The notes: generated by a model from the sequence alone, not told the origin. DNA of 61,674 nucleotides, filler included, from Sphacelaria rigidula (GCA_964200075.2; 11 parts of 11 records of this genome joined end to end with filler, not necessarily neighbours in it), one strand, 5' to 3'. Numbered from the whole stretch's first letter, positions 38,600-51,369 are shown. Numbers and translations are program-made.

Positions 38600-39214
38600 G
38601 TGTGGGCGGCTGGAGAGAGATGCACTGGCACCATCGTGGTGAGATAATGATCGCAATGTGCGACACTGGTGAACAAAAGATGACACGTCAAAGCAGTACC
38701 CTAATCGACAGCACAGGACTGGCTCCAGGATAATGGCACGTTTCTGTTTGTGCTTCCGTCTCCCCAAGCGGTGCAGTCAGTCTGTACTGTACACAAACAA
38801 CTAGGGTCATGTGATGAATGTGGTCGTATCGAAGCAATATTTGTATGGAAAGTCTCAATTCACGGAACTCCCGAAACAAGGCCCAGCAACCTTGCAGCCA
38901 CAATTGAACGTTCTGCTGCGAGCGTATTGAGCATGTAAGACGATAACCATCCAGCAGCGCTGATTGCGTACTGGCGTAAAACTGTACGAGCGTACCAGGG
39001 TTAGAAAAACTTCGCAGGCTTCGCGTGCGCTTGCGCAGGCGGGGACCGGAGGCGTCATGCAAGAAAAAAAGGATTTTCCTTTCAAAAAGACGCCTAGATT
39101 TTGTCAAAATGGGGCCATTTCGACGGTTTGAGCCTCGCGGAGGTACCGACCCCACCGTACACAAAAACGCACACCACCAGGCATCCGCCCGGTTGAACAG
39201 CACCAGGGGAATCA

Positions 39215-39314
39215 NNNNNNNNNNNNNNNNNNNNNNNNNNNNNNNNNNNNNNNNNNNNTTAATTAATTAANNNNNNNNNNNNNNNNNNNNNNNNNNNNNN
39301 NNNNNNNNNNNNNN
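39215..39314. other. Artificial contig linker
   Basis: 44 N + TTAATTAATTAA + 44 N. Confidence 0.98.
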
Positions 39315-39379
39315 TCCAGAACAGAATAAAGGTTGGAGGAACGTATGGTTGTTGTGGGGTGGGTGGGGGGGGTGGGGGG

Positions 39380-39410
<31 letters not shown>

Positions 39411-42257
39411 GTGATGAAAACGGAACACGTGAATCCACCCTCCATGTTGCAGAACAGTGGTTCCAAGTGCTGCACGCTGGAGGAACATCGGATGATGTTC
39501 TTCGTCCCTAACCCTTCATAACTGCCCACCAAAAAACTTCGGTCCCCATCACACCGGACAGTCGATGTGACTCCGTATGCTTCGAAGCAAACCCTGACGC
39601 CGTTTCCGCGGTATCTCTCTTTTGTTTCCGACAGCTTACAGTATTACTGACGACACAAGGAATCGGCAGACCGTGAGTGTGTGTTTATTGTATACCTTGC
39701 GCGGCGATCCCGTAAGCACACTTCATTCGCCGCCCCAGCGACAATGACAAACACATGTCTGGGACATCTTTCCCACCGGCGGGCGATCTTAATTGTTGCA
39801 TGTATGCTTGCGGGAGAAGATATTCCCCACGCTACAAACCAAGTGGATGCGGCGCAATTACTACCTGCTCAATGTGGATATCACATGTGACCTGATGGGT
39901 TTTCACACCGCACCTCACATGTTGTAACACCCCTCATCGAGATGGAAATATCTCGACGCACACGGCAGCTATCGACACAAATCAAATAGTTCTGTATAGA
40001 TAACACGTGTACCTACCAGTCCTTCCCTTCTTGGCGGCCAACACTCTTGTCGTAAAATCAGAAGTTGGGGTGAAGTGAAGATCGTCTACTGCAGATATTG
40101 CACTATTTCGACACTCAACTGAAGTCTGCCAGGGCTTGAAGGATGAATAGTATCTAGAAGTACCTGCCTGTGGAGTTTCGGCCTCGTGACGTTCGTCGGT
40201 AGTGAGTAATCTTTTGTCGCGTGAAGGACGGCCATGTTGGAAAATGACTTTTTGGCTTTTACAAATAGTTACAACGTTTTCTAGGGGTATCCATCGCTGG
40301 TTTGTGAGCTGTACGGAGTGGAATCGAGCCAGACTGCAATAAGAAGATAGCTTCAGATATATACTACAGCTTTGTATCGCTTTGGTTGCGATAAAACCTT
40401 CTGCACACTCCTTAGACTCCGTTGCGTCTTCATTTTGGGGGTGGTGGTGGGAAACGTGACACTAATCCCCGGCGTAACACTGGACATGAAGAGCAACCCA
40501 TGACAATACTTCAGAACAGAAAAAAAGTTTGTGAGATGGTCATCAACACCCCGGGGTAGCAAACGCAGTGTGAGCGGTACCACCATTTTCCCGCAGGATT
40601 TCCGTCATCGAAAGATTTTAGCGCCATCAAAGGCTCTATTGTGTACGGTAGCCCCTGCAGCTTGGGAGAATATCACGGGGGTTATCGCGTTTTCGCCCCA
40701 GGGAGAGGGGTGTAACACACCGTAAATCATGCTGTAGTTCAACTACGTGAACGACAAGCGAGGCCGGCTACAACATCGTGTACACTGCCAACGGCTGCTT
40801 GCTGCGTGAGTATTGGTCGCTAAGTGAAGCAACTTAGATGTGATCGGTAAGCTTAACATTTCTGTGCTTCCGCTCGGCAGTGATGATTGACGACCGTGAG
40901 TCGGTTAGTGTTTTGCCACCACTACTGTTCCAGTTGTGCACGCTGGTGCCCTCTCTCTGCGCGATATGTGACCGAGCGTCCCAGTGCTTCCCCGTTGACA
41001 CAAATGCCAACGTCGACCTCTTGAAAGGTGCATCACCCCCACCACCGAAAGGGGTACCATCGAAAATATTATGTTCAACTGTTGTAATGCATAGGCCCTT
41101 GTGCACGTAGAGGATCTTTCTCTCTCGGGAAAATCGAGATCAAACATCTCACGAGGGGGGTGCTATACTCCGTCTTGTAAACTGTAATATGGAGACACTG
41201 GCGTTGCTGGACTCAAATCTCGACTGATGCATTGCTCACACATCCAGCGACCAAAGGCGGGAGAGGAACTGCTCAGAGGGGTGTTGTGGGGTCGTAAAGT
41301 GTTCCCTCTTCAATGCCTGAGCAAGACGGTAACGGCACCTTTGCCTTGTACCGTGTTGTATTGTTCTTGTTGTCTCTCACTCTGGCGTTGGATGGTGTAA
41401 TGTTGGCTTCAAGGAACGTCGAGTATAGCAGCCAATCGAGTCGAAAAATCTCAGGGTGCTACTTCGTGTGCGAGCACGGGCATTGGCCATGACAGGCAGA
41501 GATAAGTGATATCACAGATGCCAGTGATGGTGACCATTGTCCACAAGGTGGGTACATCGAACCTCCAACTAAGCCAGGATTTCGTCTTGCTCTAGTGACG
41601 GAAAGTTGTGGTGTTCCGATATAGTACTTCGAGTACGCTGCCTGTACTGGCAGCACAACTTCGGCTGAGATGTTTGTCATGAAGTGACCCGACGATGTAG
41701 GAGACGAATTCGCAAGTTGACGCTAAACGGTGGTACGGAACTACATGTATATCCGAGCAACCACTTGCTCAGTAGCGCGCATGTGTGATATTACAGCTGT
41801 ACAGCTTCAGTGTAGTTAGTAGCACGTGCGAACCTCGCAGTCGGTCAAATCGAGGGTTCACGTGGACTGGAATCTCGCCATGCACCCTTTTCATTGGTTT
41901 AGATGTGATGCTATCAGTTATCCAGAGGTCTGAAATTATTTTGCACCTCAGGCGCTAAGGCGGGTTCTTCCTGCAAGGGATTACGCCGTGTTTTCTTGAG
42001 ACCATAGGAAAAAAAACGGGAAAAGGAACAACCCCCGAAAGCAGCATGTTGATTAGTCGCCCCAACCATAGACCCGTCCGGTGATAAATCAGCACGCTCC
42101 TTTTGGGCGCTCGTTCCTTTCCCCACTTCCTCTTTTGCTCTCGAATAGACGCAGCCTTATCCCCTTTTGTTTTTAAACTCCCTCTTTAAAAGATGACTGC
42201 TGGTTGGTTGCTGCGATACCACCCTCCTCCCTCCAAAAGAACAAACGTGCAAAAGTG

Positions 42258-42690
42258 CACAGGCACCGTAGGTAAGGTACCATACCGACCGTACCCCCGG
42301 TATTTACCGGGGTATCCCATACCGTGGTATGCGTAGGTATCGTGGGTATGACTTTTCAAAATACCGGATTGGGCCGGTACGGTAGGTATTGAGATCTCGA
42401 AATACCCTACTATCGTAGGTATCGTGGATATGACTTTTCAAAATACCGGATTGGGCCGGTACGGTAGGTATTGAGATCTCGAAATACCCTGGTAGCGTAG
42501 GTAGCGTAGGTATGAGTTTTGAAAGTACCGGAGTTGGCAAATACGGTAGGTATTGAAATCTCGAAATACCGTGGTATCGTAGGTATTGTAGGTATGAGCT
42601 TCGAAAATACCGGATTGGGTCAGTATCGGTAGGGTATGAGATGTTCCAAATACCGGTACTGGATACCTGCCTTACCCTCTGTACCGAATT
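42258..42690. mobile_element. Family C TIR element with 82-bp internal tandem repeats
   Basis: Left TIR CACAGGCACCGTAGGTAAGGTA; units start at 42351, 42433, 42515 and 42597; degenerate right end tacctgccttacc. Confidence 0.85.
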
Positions 42691-42755
42691 CAAAACTGTC
42701 ATCTGGCAGTGCAAAGAGTTTCAGATCTGGGTGCAAGTTGGGCAGTAGAAGTTTT

Positions 42756-43121
42756 CACAGGCACCGTAGGTAAGGTACCGTACCGACCGTACCCCCGGTA
42801 TTTACCGGGGTATGCCATACCGTGGTATGCGTAGGTATCGTAGGGATGACTTTTCAAAATACCAGGTTGGGCCGGTACGGTAGGTATTGAAATCTCGAAA
42901 CACCGTGGTATCGTAGGTCTGAGTTTTGAGAATACCGGATTGGGCGTGTACGGTAGGTATTGAAATCTCGAAATACCCTGGTATCGTAGGTAGCGTAGGT
43001 ATGACATTTCAAAATACCGGGTTGGGCGGGTACGGCAGGTACTGAAATCTCGAAATACCGTGGTATCGTGGGTATCGTAGGTATGACATTTCAAAATACC
43101 GGATTGGACTTCCCGTGCCTG
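42756..43121. mobile_element. Second family C copy in the same orientation
   Basis: Same left TIR; units at 42849, 42922, 43004 and 43086; ends GTGCCTG (TIR remnant). Confidence 0.85.
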
Positions 43122-43293
43122 CCACTCTAACTGTGCTATACCCCTTGACCTCTGCCTGCTGTTCGCTTGCCCCCAGGCACTCTACGCACGCGCCCGCCCG
43201 TGTTTCTCACGAGAAGTGCTGCTTGGCGTCAAGCTCTCACACACGCCAAAGACATAGACCCACACACACAGACCCCCCCCCCCCCCCCACAAC

Positions 43294-43567
43294 GTGCCAG
43301 CACTACTTCCTCCTTTCTACTCGTTCATGGTGCCGCATTCGCCATCACCACCCCTGCTCTCGCGGCTACTGTTCCCCGCGGTGGCGGCCAATGGTGCCTT
43401 CGCCGCAGTGCTGCCTTGCCCCGGACTGCTTGTGAGGGGCGGTGCTGGGGGCAAGGCATACGATTATCCCCCGTCGATGTCTGCAAGAACACCCCTTCGC
43501 AGCGAGGATGGCGATCACCCGCCAGTGGAGGTTGTGGTGGGCGCGGGGGTCGCGGGAGCTTTGGCGG
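43294..43567 (+). CDS. Possible exon ending in a Rossmann GxGxxG motif (FAD-dependent oxidoreductase-like); 5' boundary uncertain
   Basis: VEVVVGAGVAGALA immediately before a perfect G|GTAAGT donor at 43568; GC-rich like host exons. Confidence 0.4.
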
Positions 43568-44427
43568 GTAAGTGAGTGAGTGAGTGAATCGAGCGAGCAT
43601 GTTGCGTGCTATTCCGGGGGAGTGATTTTGCGAACCAGCAAGCTTTGGGGGAATTGGGCTCACCTGTGCCAAGTAGTGTGTCGGTTTTCGAAATGAGAAA
43701 TAGTCTGTTTTCGGCGAGATCCCTGCTGGCGATTGAGTTGCTTAACCATGGGCCTTTTTTATTCTTCTTTGAGGCTCGTAGGTACGTTTTGATCGCATTT
43801 ATTTTTCGTGAAGGATACGATAGTATGAATGCTGTGATCTCGTGTGAAAAATGTGAAGACATGTTTTGTTCCCAACAGCGGTGGCGCTTAGAACATTCGT
43901 AACCCTTGTGGTCGAAATGGGGACATTGAGGCCCCGGTGTCCTTGAATGGTTCCTTGGCATGGTCGAAGAGAAATTTGGAGTTGACTTCACACCCTGGAT
44001 TATGACATCATAATATGTTGTTGAAAAATGTACCGCGTACAGTAATTATTAAGTATGTAATCTATTGTCCACTGCAATAGAGGCAATAGTCGATACTGTA
44101 TGCAGTACACGTTTTGACAACGCAATCCATTGTCATTATCCAGGGTGTGGTTAGTTCACAGACGATGCAGAGAAGCACCAGGCGTCGAGCACCTGTTACC
44201 GGTGAAAACACTTTCGACGAAAAAAATATCTGAAAGCCCAGTATTCGCTACGAACCATTCTCGGCACACAAGCGGCGATCGATTATAGTAGCCTCCCAAA
44301 AGCCGTGCATGATATCCCGGAGCTCTACTCGTGCACTCTTCCTCGTTTTCGAGGGGCCCTTGGCGTCTTTCGCATAATCCAAGTAAGCTTCTCACTGATC
44401 TACGTGAATACAGGTCGCAGCAGCCCT

Positions 44428-44735
44428 GCCGCACCCCGGTGGGCTAACTCTAACTCGTACACCTAGCCCCGGTCAGGTAGAAATGTTGTGGGTTCGATTA
44501 CCGACGAGTGCATTACATTTTTTCCCTATGGAAAATGTTATGTCGTCGGAAGCGCGAGAAATTGAGCAGTAAATAAGGTCTATTTGACGAGAGTCGATCG
44601 CGGTGTGTGAGTGCTGATGGTCATGATCCAATCCGTGTTACCAAAGTACCAGGCGTTTTTTCTCTGCTGCGAAGGAGAGATGGGTTGGGTCATCCCGTGA
44701 GACAGCAGACTCGTCCGGAGGATGGGAGAGCGGGA
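44428..44735 (+). mobile_element. tRNA-headed SINE copy
   Basis: GCCGCACCCCGGTGG start as at 33413; GGTTCGATT at 44491; body gagagtcgat.gcggtg...ggtcatgatcca shared with 52210-52250. Confidence 0.7.
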
Positions 44736-44829
44736 GGTTTTGGGGTGGGGTGGGTGGAGTAAAGCTCGAAGGGGGGGGGGGGGGGGGGGGACTAAGAATC
44801 AAGCCTGCCCAAGTCTCCTGGCCGTTGCC

Positions 44830-44929
44830 NNNNNNNNNNNNNNNNNNNNNNNNNNNNNNNNNNNNNNNNNNNNTTAATTAATTAANNNNNNNNNNNNNNN
44901 NNNNNNNNNNNNNNNNNNNNNNNNNNNNN
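44830..44929. other. Artificial contig linker
   Basis: 44 N + TTAATTAATTAA + 44 N. Confidence 0.98.
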
Positions 44930-44995
44930 GTGGGGTTTTGCCTTGTTTGCCTTAGTGGTCGTGGCGTGGGTGTGGTTCGCGAGGCAGGTGGGGGG

Positions 44996-45031
<36 letters not shown>

Positions 45032-45195
45032 CTTGTGCTGTAGGTAAAAGTGTGCTTGTCCTGAAAGCGGTTTATTCGCCATGCTGAGCTCTTCACACTA
45101 TACTACTCCGTCTCGAATTGAGCGTAGATACCTTGCACCAGTATGTTCGGCATCATATGAAAAAAACATCCCCGAACAACCAATACCCTCCTCAC

Positions 45196-45226
45196 CATTT
45201 GCAGGCGACGCACAGTCCGGGCACGC
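45196..45226 (-). CDS. Possible 31-nt microexon of the VPS39-like gene (ACPDCASPAN)
   Basis: Polypyrimidine tract with CTGAC branch-like site, gAG acceptor, G|GTGAGG donor; phase-compatible with the preceding exon. Confidence 0.35.
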
Positions 45227-45617
45227 CTCAAGGGTCAGGAGAGGAACAGCAAAGAGAACAAGCAACGTGCATGTGTGAACTGCTTCTTGGTGAGGTACAC
45301 GATGTACAAGTGCAGACGCAAGCAGTCCAAACCACCTCGTGATATTTCGAACAAGCTCTACTTGCGAGCCTCAAATCCACCCACCCCCTCGAGCTGTGAA
45401 GGACGGGTTTAAGGTAAGGAGAACGGCACTGGAAGGGCGGATGCGTGATTCTGCACGCTCTGGTCTAGCTACGCTGTAAATAAAAAATGCCACGGTATAA
45501 CGCAGCCCTCCAGACTCTCGACATTGGGTGACGACCAAAGTAAACAACAAGTCAATCGAAGCAGATACGTGGTACATGTATTTATTCTCGTGATTCAAGC
45601 CCCCCACCTCCTCCTAA

Positions 45618-45692
45618 ATGCTCCGTCTCGAAAGGGATGAGTGGTCAGTGGTCAAACGACTAAGGCAAGCAACAAATGAGTACGCCCCCCCG
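45618..45692 (+). mobile_element. Repeat family A terminus
   Basis: atgctccgtctcgaaagggatgagtggtcagtggtcaaacgactaaggcaagcaacaaatgagtacgccccccc. Confidence 0.85.
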
Positions 45693-46361
45693 CCTCCTCA
45701 AGGCAAGCCCGTAGCCTCAAGAAATCAACTCATTTCTCCCCTGGCACTTGTCCTGCAACGTATTTATCAATCTCGACAACTGGATAGTGTACCACTTCCG
45801 CAGCCCGTCAACCTTCATGGAAATGTTCACCAACTGTCTGTCTCACGCCCTCAGATAATGAAAACTACGCAGAAAACATTTCCTGTCGGAATTGGTGGTA
45901 CCCTCACCAAATCCACAGAAGCTAATGCTGATGTATCAGTTTCACCGACAGGGCGCGGCAACAACGAAGAAAAAGAAAAAAGGCCAAAGAGCTTGCGTTG
46001 CTGTCTGCATTATCACGAACACTTTCCTGCCACAGTCAGAAACATTCTCCTCCTCACCAGCGAACACACACATACATACACACACACACACACTCCGCAA
46101 AAATTCATTTTTATCCCTCATAGATCCTAGCACTGTTTTCCGTTTTCAATTTACTGTACGTACCCTCCATCTTCCGTTCTCCTGTGTGTGTTTCAGGCGA
46201 AATTTTAGGCGCAAACCAATGAGGCCTTACCCAGGACTCCCAATGTTCCAGCCTCACAACCAAAACGTTCATGGGTTCAACTCATTGTGACCCCAACCCT
46301 CTCAACTATCTGTAACAACCCCAATCCCAACAAGGCTACTCGTTCGTTTCCCTCTTCTCAC

Positions 46362-46731
46362 CTCCGAAGGCGAAATAGTCTTCAAAAACGAAACGACATC
46401 CTGCGGAGCCAGACGCCCTCCCGCCGCCCCCCCGCCCCCCCCATCTCCAGCCTTCCTGCTACTTCCCCCGCCCGCCAACACCTTCCTCTGAAGCCCGTGG
46501 TGGCCCAATAAACCCTGCTGTTGCCGCTTTTCCAGGAACACAGATAGCCCCAAAGATGGGTCATTTTCCAATAGCGGTCTCGCGGCCGGCAGCACAAGGG
46601 CCCTATGTGCGGGGTCCGAAGATACTTTGAGTTCGCGCAGGTAATTGGTCAGCCAACGACGGAACTGCGGTGCTGTCCAGCCCCCTCCTCCTGCTGTGCT
46701 ACCGCCTCCACTGCTGTCCGGCACGACGCAT
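46362..46731 (-). CDS. Exon of a VPS39/Vam6/TGFBRAP1-like protein
   Basis: LTNYLRELK...LVLPAARPLLENDPSLGLSVF...LAPQDVVSFLK fits the Vps39 helical-repeat region; tccAG acceptor (phase 2) and GAG|GTGAGA donor. Confidence 0.75.
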
Positions 46732-46761
46732 CTGGACATGCAACGAGGAGCAAGAAGGGCG

Positions 46762-47058
46762 TGTGATCTTGCATGCCGTAGTTATGAGACCGTTAACCTC
46801 GCAACCCTACGAAACCGGGACGGAGCACGTTAGGTTGTCGCCGGACCAGGCTCGCAATTAATCGCGCGAAGCGCCGTGATGTGTTCGGCGAGTCGCAAAA
46901 AGGGTGAACTGCATCTTGCCAATATCGTTCGGCCCGAAGCGCACCGATTAACTTGCATTTGGGTCAACGCCTCCAATGAGTTTCCTTCATTTTCTGGTAC
47001 CGCCACTTCCAGAGACAGCCACGGGCTATTCTGCCTGACGGGGTTTTTCACCATCTGA
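46762..47058 (+). mobile_element. Family B copy (uninterrupted reference), intronic
   Basis: Aligns to 24450-24710 and to both halves of the split copy at 33935-35070. Confidence 0.85.
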
Positions 47059-47679
47059 ACATTACGCGGTACAATCATCCTCTTCGCGCGGAGTTACGGT
47101 TCTCCACCCTACACAGAATGATCTACTGTAACTCGATCACCATCATGGAAAGCGGGGAAGGAGGAAGGTATATAGCTTCGGGGGAACACAAAGGGGAACA
47201 CAAAGAGATGCCGACTCCTGCGGACACCTATAGAGTTGAAAATATGCTAGTGCAAAGCACAATGTGAAACACCAAGTAATCAGTTTGTTAGGCCCGCGAG
47301 CTGATCACTCGGGCGCGTTATACAGGAGCGGTACTAGACAATGTGCCATGGGTGATAAACGGCCTGGTGCCAACAACAGCCGGAAATCAAACACCGGGGG
47401 GGGGAGGGGGGGGGTTCCTTCAGGGGGGAGGGGGGTGGTGTGCAATTCTATCGTACCCACACTGCACACATGAACCACCCTACGCAAGCAACGAAGGACT
47501 ACGACAGATAGCCCACCACGAAAATGGAAAATAGTCCCATGACCCCCCCCCCGAAACACAATGATACACACTCAGCAGTCAGCATGTTGCAATACAGCAC
47601 ACGACCCAAGCGTTCATCACTCTTCCACCCATTTTTTACCCACCAACTACATTAGTGGGACATCCATGGGCACCATCAC

Positions 47680-47831
47680 CTCTCTTCCGTTGCGAGCGCG
47701 AGGGCGTCACGATGCATCCCTCTGCCCCTGTACAAACATAGCAATGCCTCCACGAATATGGGCCCGCTTGCCGCCAACAGCGGAGCGCACGCCTCTAGGC
47801 TGCACCGGTTCGGCCCACTTAGGAGATCCAC
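47680..47831 (-). CDS. Upstream exon of the VPS39/TGFBRAP1-like protein
   Basis: VDLLSGPNRCSLEACAPLLAASGPIFVEALLCLYRGRGMHRDALALATEE matches the Vps39 N.C.LE...LY...GMH..AL pattern; ends in phase 2, matching the exon at 46731. Confidence 0.8.
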
Positions 47832-47854
47832 CTGCCATTGTTCACAACGCATCG

Positions 47855-48370
47855 GTGGTTGGTTGATTGATTTGATTGATTGTCGCACTTTAACGAACAA
47901 CCCATGGGTCCAGCCGTGGTCGCATGATAGACGTACCCAAGAAAAGCAAAACTGAAACACTCGTTCAAGAAAACGAAGGAGCAGAAAAAAAGTCGAACAG
48001 AACGACATGGTAGATTAAGACGTAAAAAAAATAATAATAACAACAAAAGCGGAGTACAGAAAGTGATGACCGACCTAAGGAAAAAGAAAAGAAAAGGTGT
48101 AGTATGAGATAAGTCATCAAAGGTGGCCTAGGGCCGAAGATCATAAGGGTAGGGCGGCGAGTGCACTGCGCAAAGTTGGCATGGGGGTTTATAGTGGGTT
48201 CAAGTCCCACACTGCCTTGAGCAAAGCTTTGCGAGCGCTCGAGGCGCCTACCCCACATGACTGCCGCGAGGCGATCTCACCGAGCCTCCGGGTAATCGGC
48301 ACAAGAACCCATTCGCGGGGTAAGTGTTCGGTGGCGTTTGCCCCCTTCCTTCAAGAAGAGAAAAAATGGC
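47855..48370 (-). mobile_element. Probable 3' end of another non-LTR retroelement
   Basis: (TCAA)n-type tail on the minus strand at about 47863-47882, preceded by a T-rich UTR-like region; no coding motif seen. Confidence 0.35.
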
Positions 48371-48394
48371 AAAGGTGGCTTGTGCAGGGTATGA

Positions 48395-48562
48395 TCACGG
48401 GTACGGGTACGGGTACGGGTAAGTATTCCAGGTAATCCGGGATACTAACTTTTTACTTTTTAGTCGATTTCTCGAAATACACTGGTGAAAACTCGGTGCT
48501 GGAAATACCCTGGGAACCCAAGGTACCCTCGGCGTACGATACCCTACCCTATCGACCCTCGC
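48395..48562. repeat. Short MITE-like element with (GGGTAC)n left end and TACCC-rich right end
   Basis: cacgggtacgggtacgggtacgggta ... ataccctaccctatcgaccc. Confidence 0.45.
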
Positions 48563-50351
48563 AATCGATATCTGCCGCGAGCTCAGTCGTGGCCACGAGA
48601 TAGAGGTATCCAAGGCTGAATATTCGGAAAAATGCTTGAAACAGGAATCACGTTTTGCCTGTTCCCCCATTGAAAGGAACTGGAGCTCACTCGAGGGAAC
48701 CGGAGCTTACCAGCGACTAACGTACGCTGCTCGAAGGCTTGGTCGTTGGTGAACAACGTCGAATAGCCATCGAAGCAGTTGGTGAACACATTTGGCAAAA
48801 TGCGCGTCCACTCACGCGACTCTATGATGCAACTGCTTCTTTGGTTGATTCTTTTTACAGGGGATGCATCGGGAGATGTTAGCTCAAGCTGCTATTACTA
48901 GAGAAGAAAAAACGTATGCAGTTCGAGAGGCGTTGGGAGGACAAAGCTTTCCTCTGGATGGTGAAACTTTCTCTGTCCTCGGGAAAAAATGATGAGGCAT
49001 ACAACAATGTTTTCGTGAGATTGAGAGTAGAGGATACGATTGAGAGTGAAAAGCGGTCAATAAGTGTATGAATCGTTTCAGTTCCGAAATGCTACCGAAC
49101 GACGCCCGATATGCTTCCTGTAGTAGCTTGCCATCGAGGCCCTCGATATCCCTGAGTCGGGTATCGACGTGTAGCTGTAAGCACACGCTAGTGATGGAGG
49201 CAAAGAGAACCACACACGGAATTAAAACTGGCTAGGTAAAAGTGAATGATCAAAGCCACTCTCAATCAGCGCTCTACTCTCAATCTCACGAATACGTTGT
49301 TATACATGCACAAACATAACTTTGTGTATGTTCAAAGTGTTTTTTTCGGGGGCTTTATTTACTCGCCTTGAAGTCAGAAATAGGCAACTTCAAAGCATAA
49401 AACTAACCCGGCAGTGTCACAACCGTCGTTATGTCAACTCATGCTTCCACGTCAAAGACTGCCCGATTCAAGGCCGAGTCTCCATGTAGAGCCAATAATT
49501 ATCCAGGGAAATACTCGTGCCCCCCCTGCCTCAACGTGAGACCAAACTTGAACCCTGTGACTACGGCGTAGTCAGTCTGCGTCTGTGCATGCAACCTGCG
49601 GATATACCATGCCTCAGTTCCCATGCACGGTTCCCCAGCAGTGGAGGACAAAAAGCGCTTTGCTGTCAGAAATCCAACGCCGGTCAGCCTAAAAGTGGAA
49701 CCATACTGGTTGCTGTACGCCTTTGCGGTAGGAACATGCTGTATGTATTCGAGCGGCCATGTGCTCGTCTTCAAAGCGGAGCGCGTGTCTTGCAGTCTTT
49801 TGGGCCATACTGTCGAACATGTAATGCCTAACACGGAAAATGTGACCGATTGAGTTGGGTTTCCTAGATGCACACACTGAATCACCATGCAGCCAGGTAG
49901 ACTCGCGCATGTTGCTCTCAGCACTCTGTGCTCGAAGCCTAGGAAAACAGGCGTCGAGGAACTTATACATTTCGCAATCTTCAATTGCACGCGGTTGCTT
50001 TTCCGTTGTAAGACTCAGGATCCCTTTGACCACGGCTTTTACGAGTAGTCCTCTGGTTAGTTTTACACCGGCTTGTTTCCACATGTGTAGCATCTACAAT
50101 CACTGCCGCAGGTTGTCCCCTGAAAGAACAGAAACTGGGCACTGTAGTCGGAGTAACCGCTAGCAGTAAGGTTTCGGTAAGGTGCAGCGATAGTTGACGC
50201 GTGGATTTTGGCATACGCGTATCGAAGTGACATGCTGGTTTGAATGTGATAGGAGGACAGTTAAAAAATACAGCATCCTACTTGATTGCGTTTGTTCTTG
50301 TAATTAGGCTGGCGTCTCAAGCAAAAATGATGGAGGACTTTACGTGTTGTA

Positions 50352-50444
50352 AGGAATAGCAGGGACGGTATCGGAAAGACGAGCTTACGTCTGTGACCAC
50401 GGGTTCGAGAGACGGAAATAATAATAATAATAATAATAATAATA
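50352..50444 (+). mobile_element. RTE LINE 3' terminus with (AAT)n tail
   Basis: aatagcagggacggtatcggaaagacgagcttacgtctgtgaccacgggttcg is the reverse complement of 19557-19612. Confidence 0.85.
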
Positions 50445-50544
50445 NNNNNNNNNNNNNNNNNNNNNNNNNNNNNNNNNNNNNNNNNNNNTTAATTAATTAA
50501 NNNNNNNNNNNNNNNNNNNNNNNNNNNNNNNNNNNNNNNNNNNN
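50445..50544. other. Artificial contig linker
   Basis: 44 N + TTAATTAATTAA + 44 N. Confidence 0.98.
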
Positions 50545-50557
50545 CCATCGGGGGTCC

Positions 50558-50610
50558 GCCCCTACAAAGCCGGGACGGAGCACGCCGGGTTCTCGCCGGA
50601 CCAGGCTAGG
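50558..50610 (+). mobile_element. Family B fragment
   Basis: ccctacaaagccgggacggagcacgccgggttctcgccggaccaggct. Confidence 0.75.
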
Positions 50611-50778
50611 GGGGGGTTAGATTGGTAGAAAACCAAGTACTTCCTACCCCGTGCTGCACTGGACGCCAGCTGTGAAATTCCTTACCGAGACCTTTGTTAT
50701 TGTTACGGGAGCATACATTTACGTTTTCATTGTCCAATAGCCCTACCCGCATGCCGTTTTGTCTGCTGTTTTTGGTAG

Positions 50779-50899
50779 TGAACGTCGTGCGGCTCATTAT
50801 GTGAAGGAGGTTGCCGACGCGTTGAGCTACTGCCACTCGAAGCACGTAATTCACAGGGACATCAAGCCCGAGAACCTCCTCGTCGGGCACAACGGCGAG
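50779..50899 (+). CDS. AURK: Aurora kinase exon (subdomain VI, catalytic loop)
   Basis: [40 protein letters not shown]; tAG acceptor, GAG|GTAAGT donor. Confidence 0.93.
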
Positions 50900-51369
50900 G
50901 TAAGTCTGCAGTGATCAGGCCCCTTTTCGTCGTCCCGTATGGAGGCCGGTCTCTAATTGCCGTCCTTAGTTGGGGATGAATACATCAAATACATCCGAGG
51001 CTTTATTATGTGGTGGAGCGCGCGATTTTGTTTTTGCCATGTGGATGACATAGCTCGGTATGTCGAGCAATTCCATTTTGTTCCGACGAAAAAATAGCCG
51101 CACTATGATACAGGCGTTCTCAAGGAACTGTCATGTGTACGGCCAACGCCCGAGCAACGTGGCGAGTACTACAAATAAATGTACAATACTCCATACGCAG
51201 TACAGTCTATCGTTGACGAATAGCGCTATTTCAGGCCAACCCGTCTCGCAACTTCAGTCATTCCAGTAGCCTGTCAAAGAACATACCCAGGAGCGCATAT
51301 AACCAGAGGAACGCTTCTACTGCAGGTTTGACACTCCACGATACCCGTCCTAGGGGCTTCACGCCTGGT

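Noticed and set aside
42258..43121. CRISPR-like array
   Set aside because: The units are contiguous 82-bp tandem repeats without unique spacers, bounded by TIRs, in eukaryotic DNA with no cas genes.
48150..48220. tRNA gene (GTGGGTTCAAGTCCCAC T-arm-like hairpin)
   Set aside because: I could not build a D-arm, anticodon arm or acceptor stem, and it lies in a probable retroelement 3' region.
48560..50160. Further VPS39 exons
   Set aside because: Candidate segments (e.g. about 49100-49177) have splice-like ends but no convincing Vps39 similarity.
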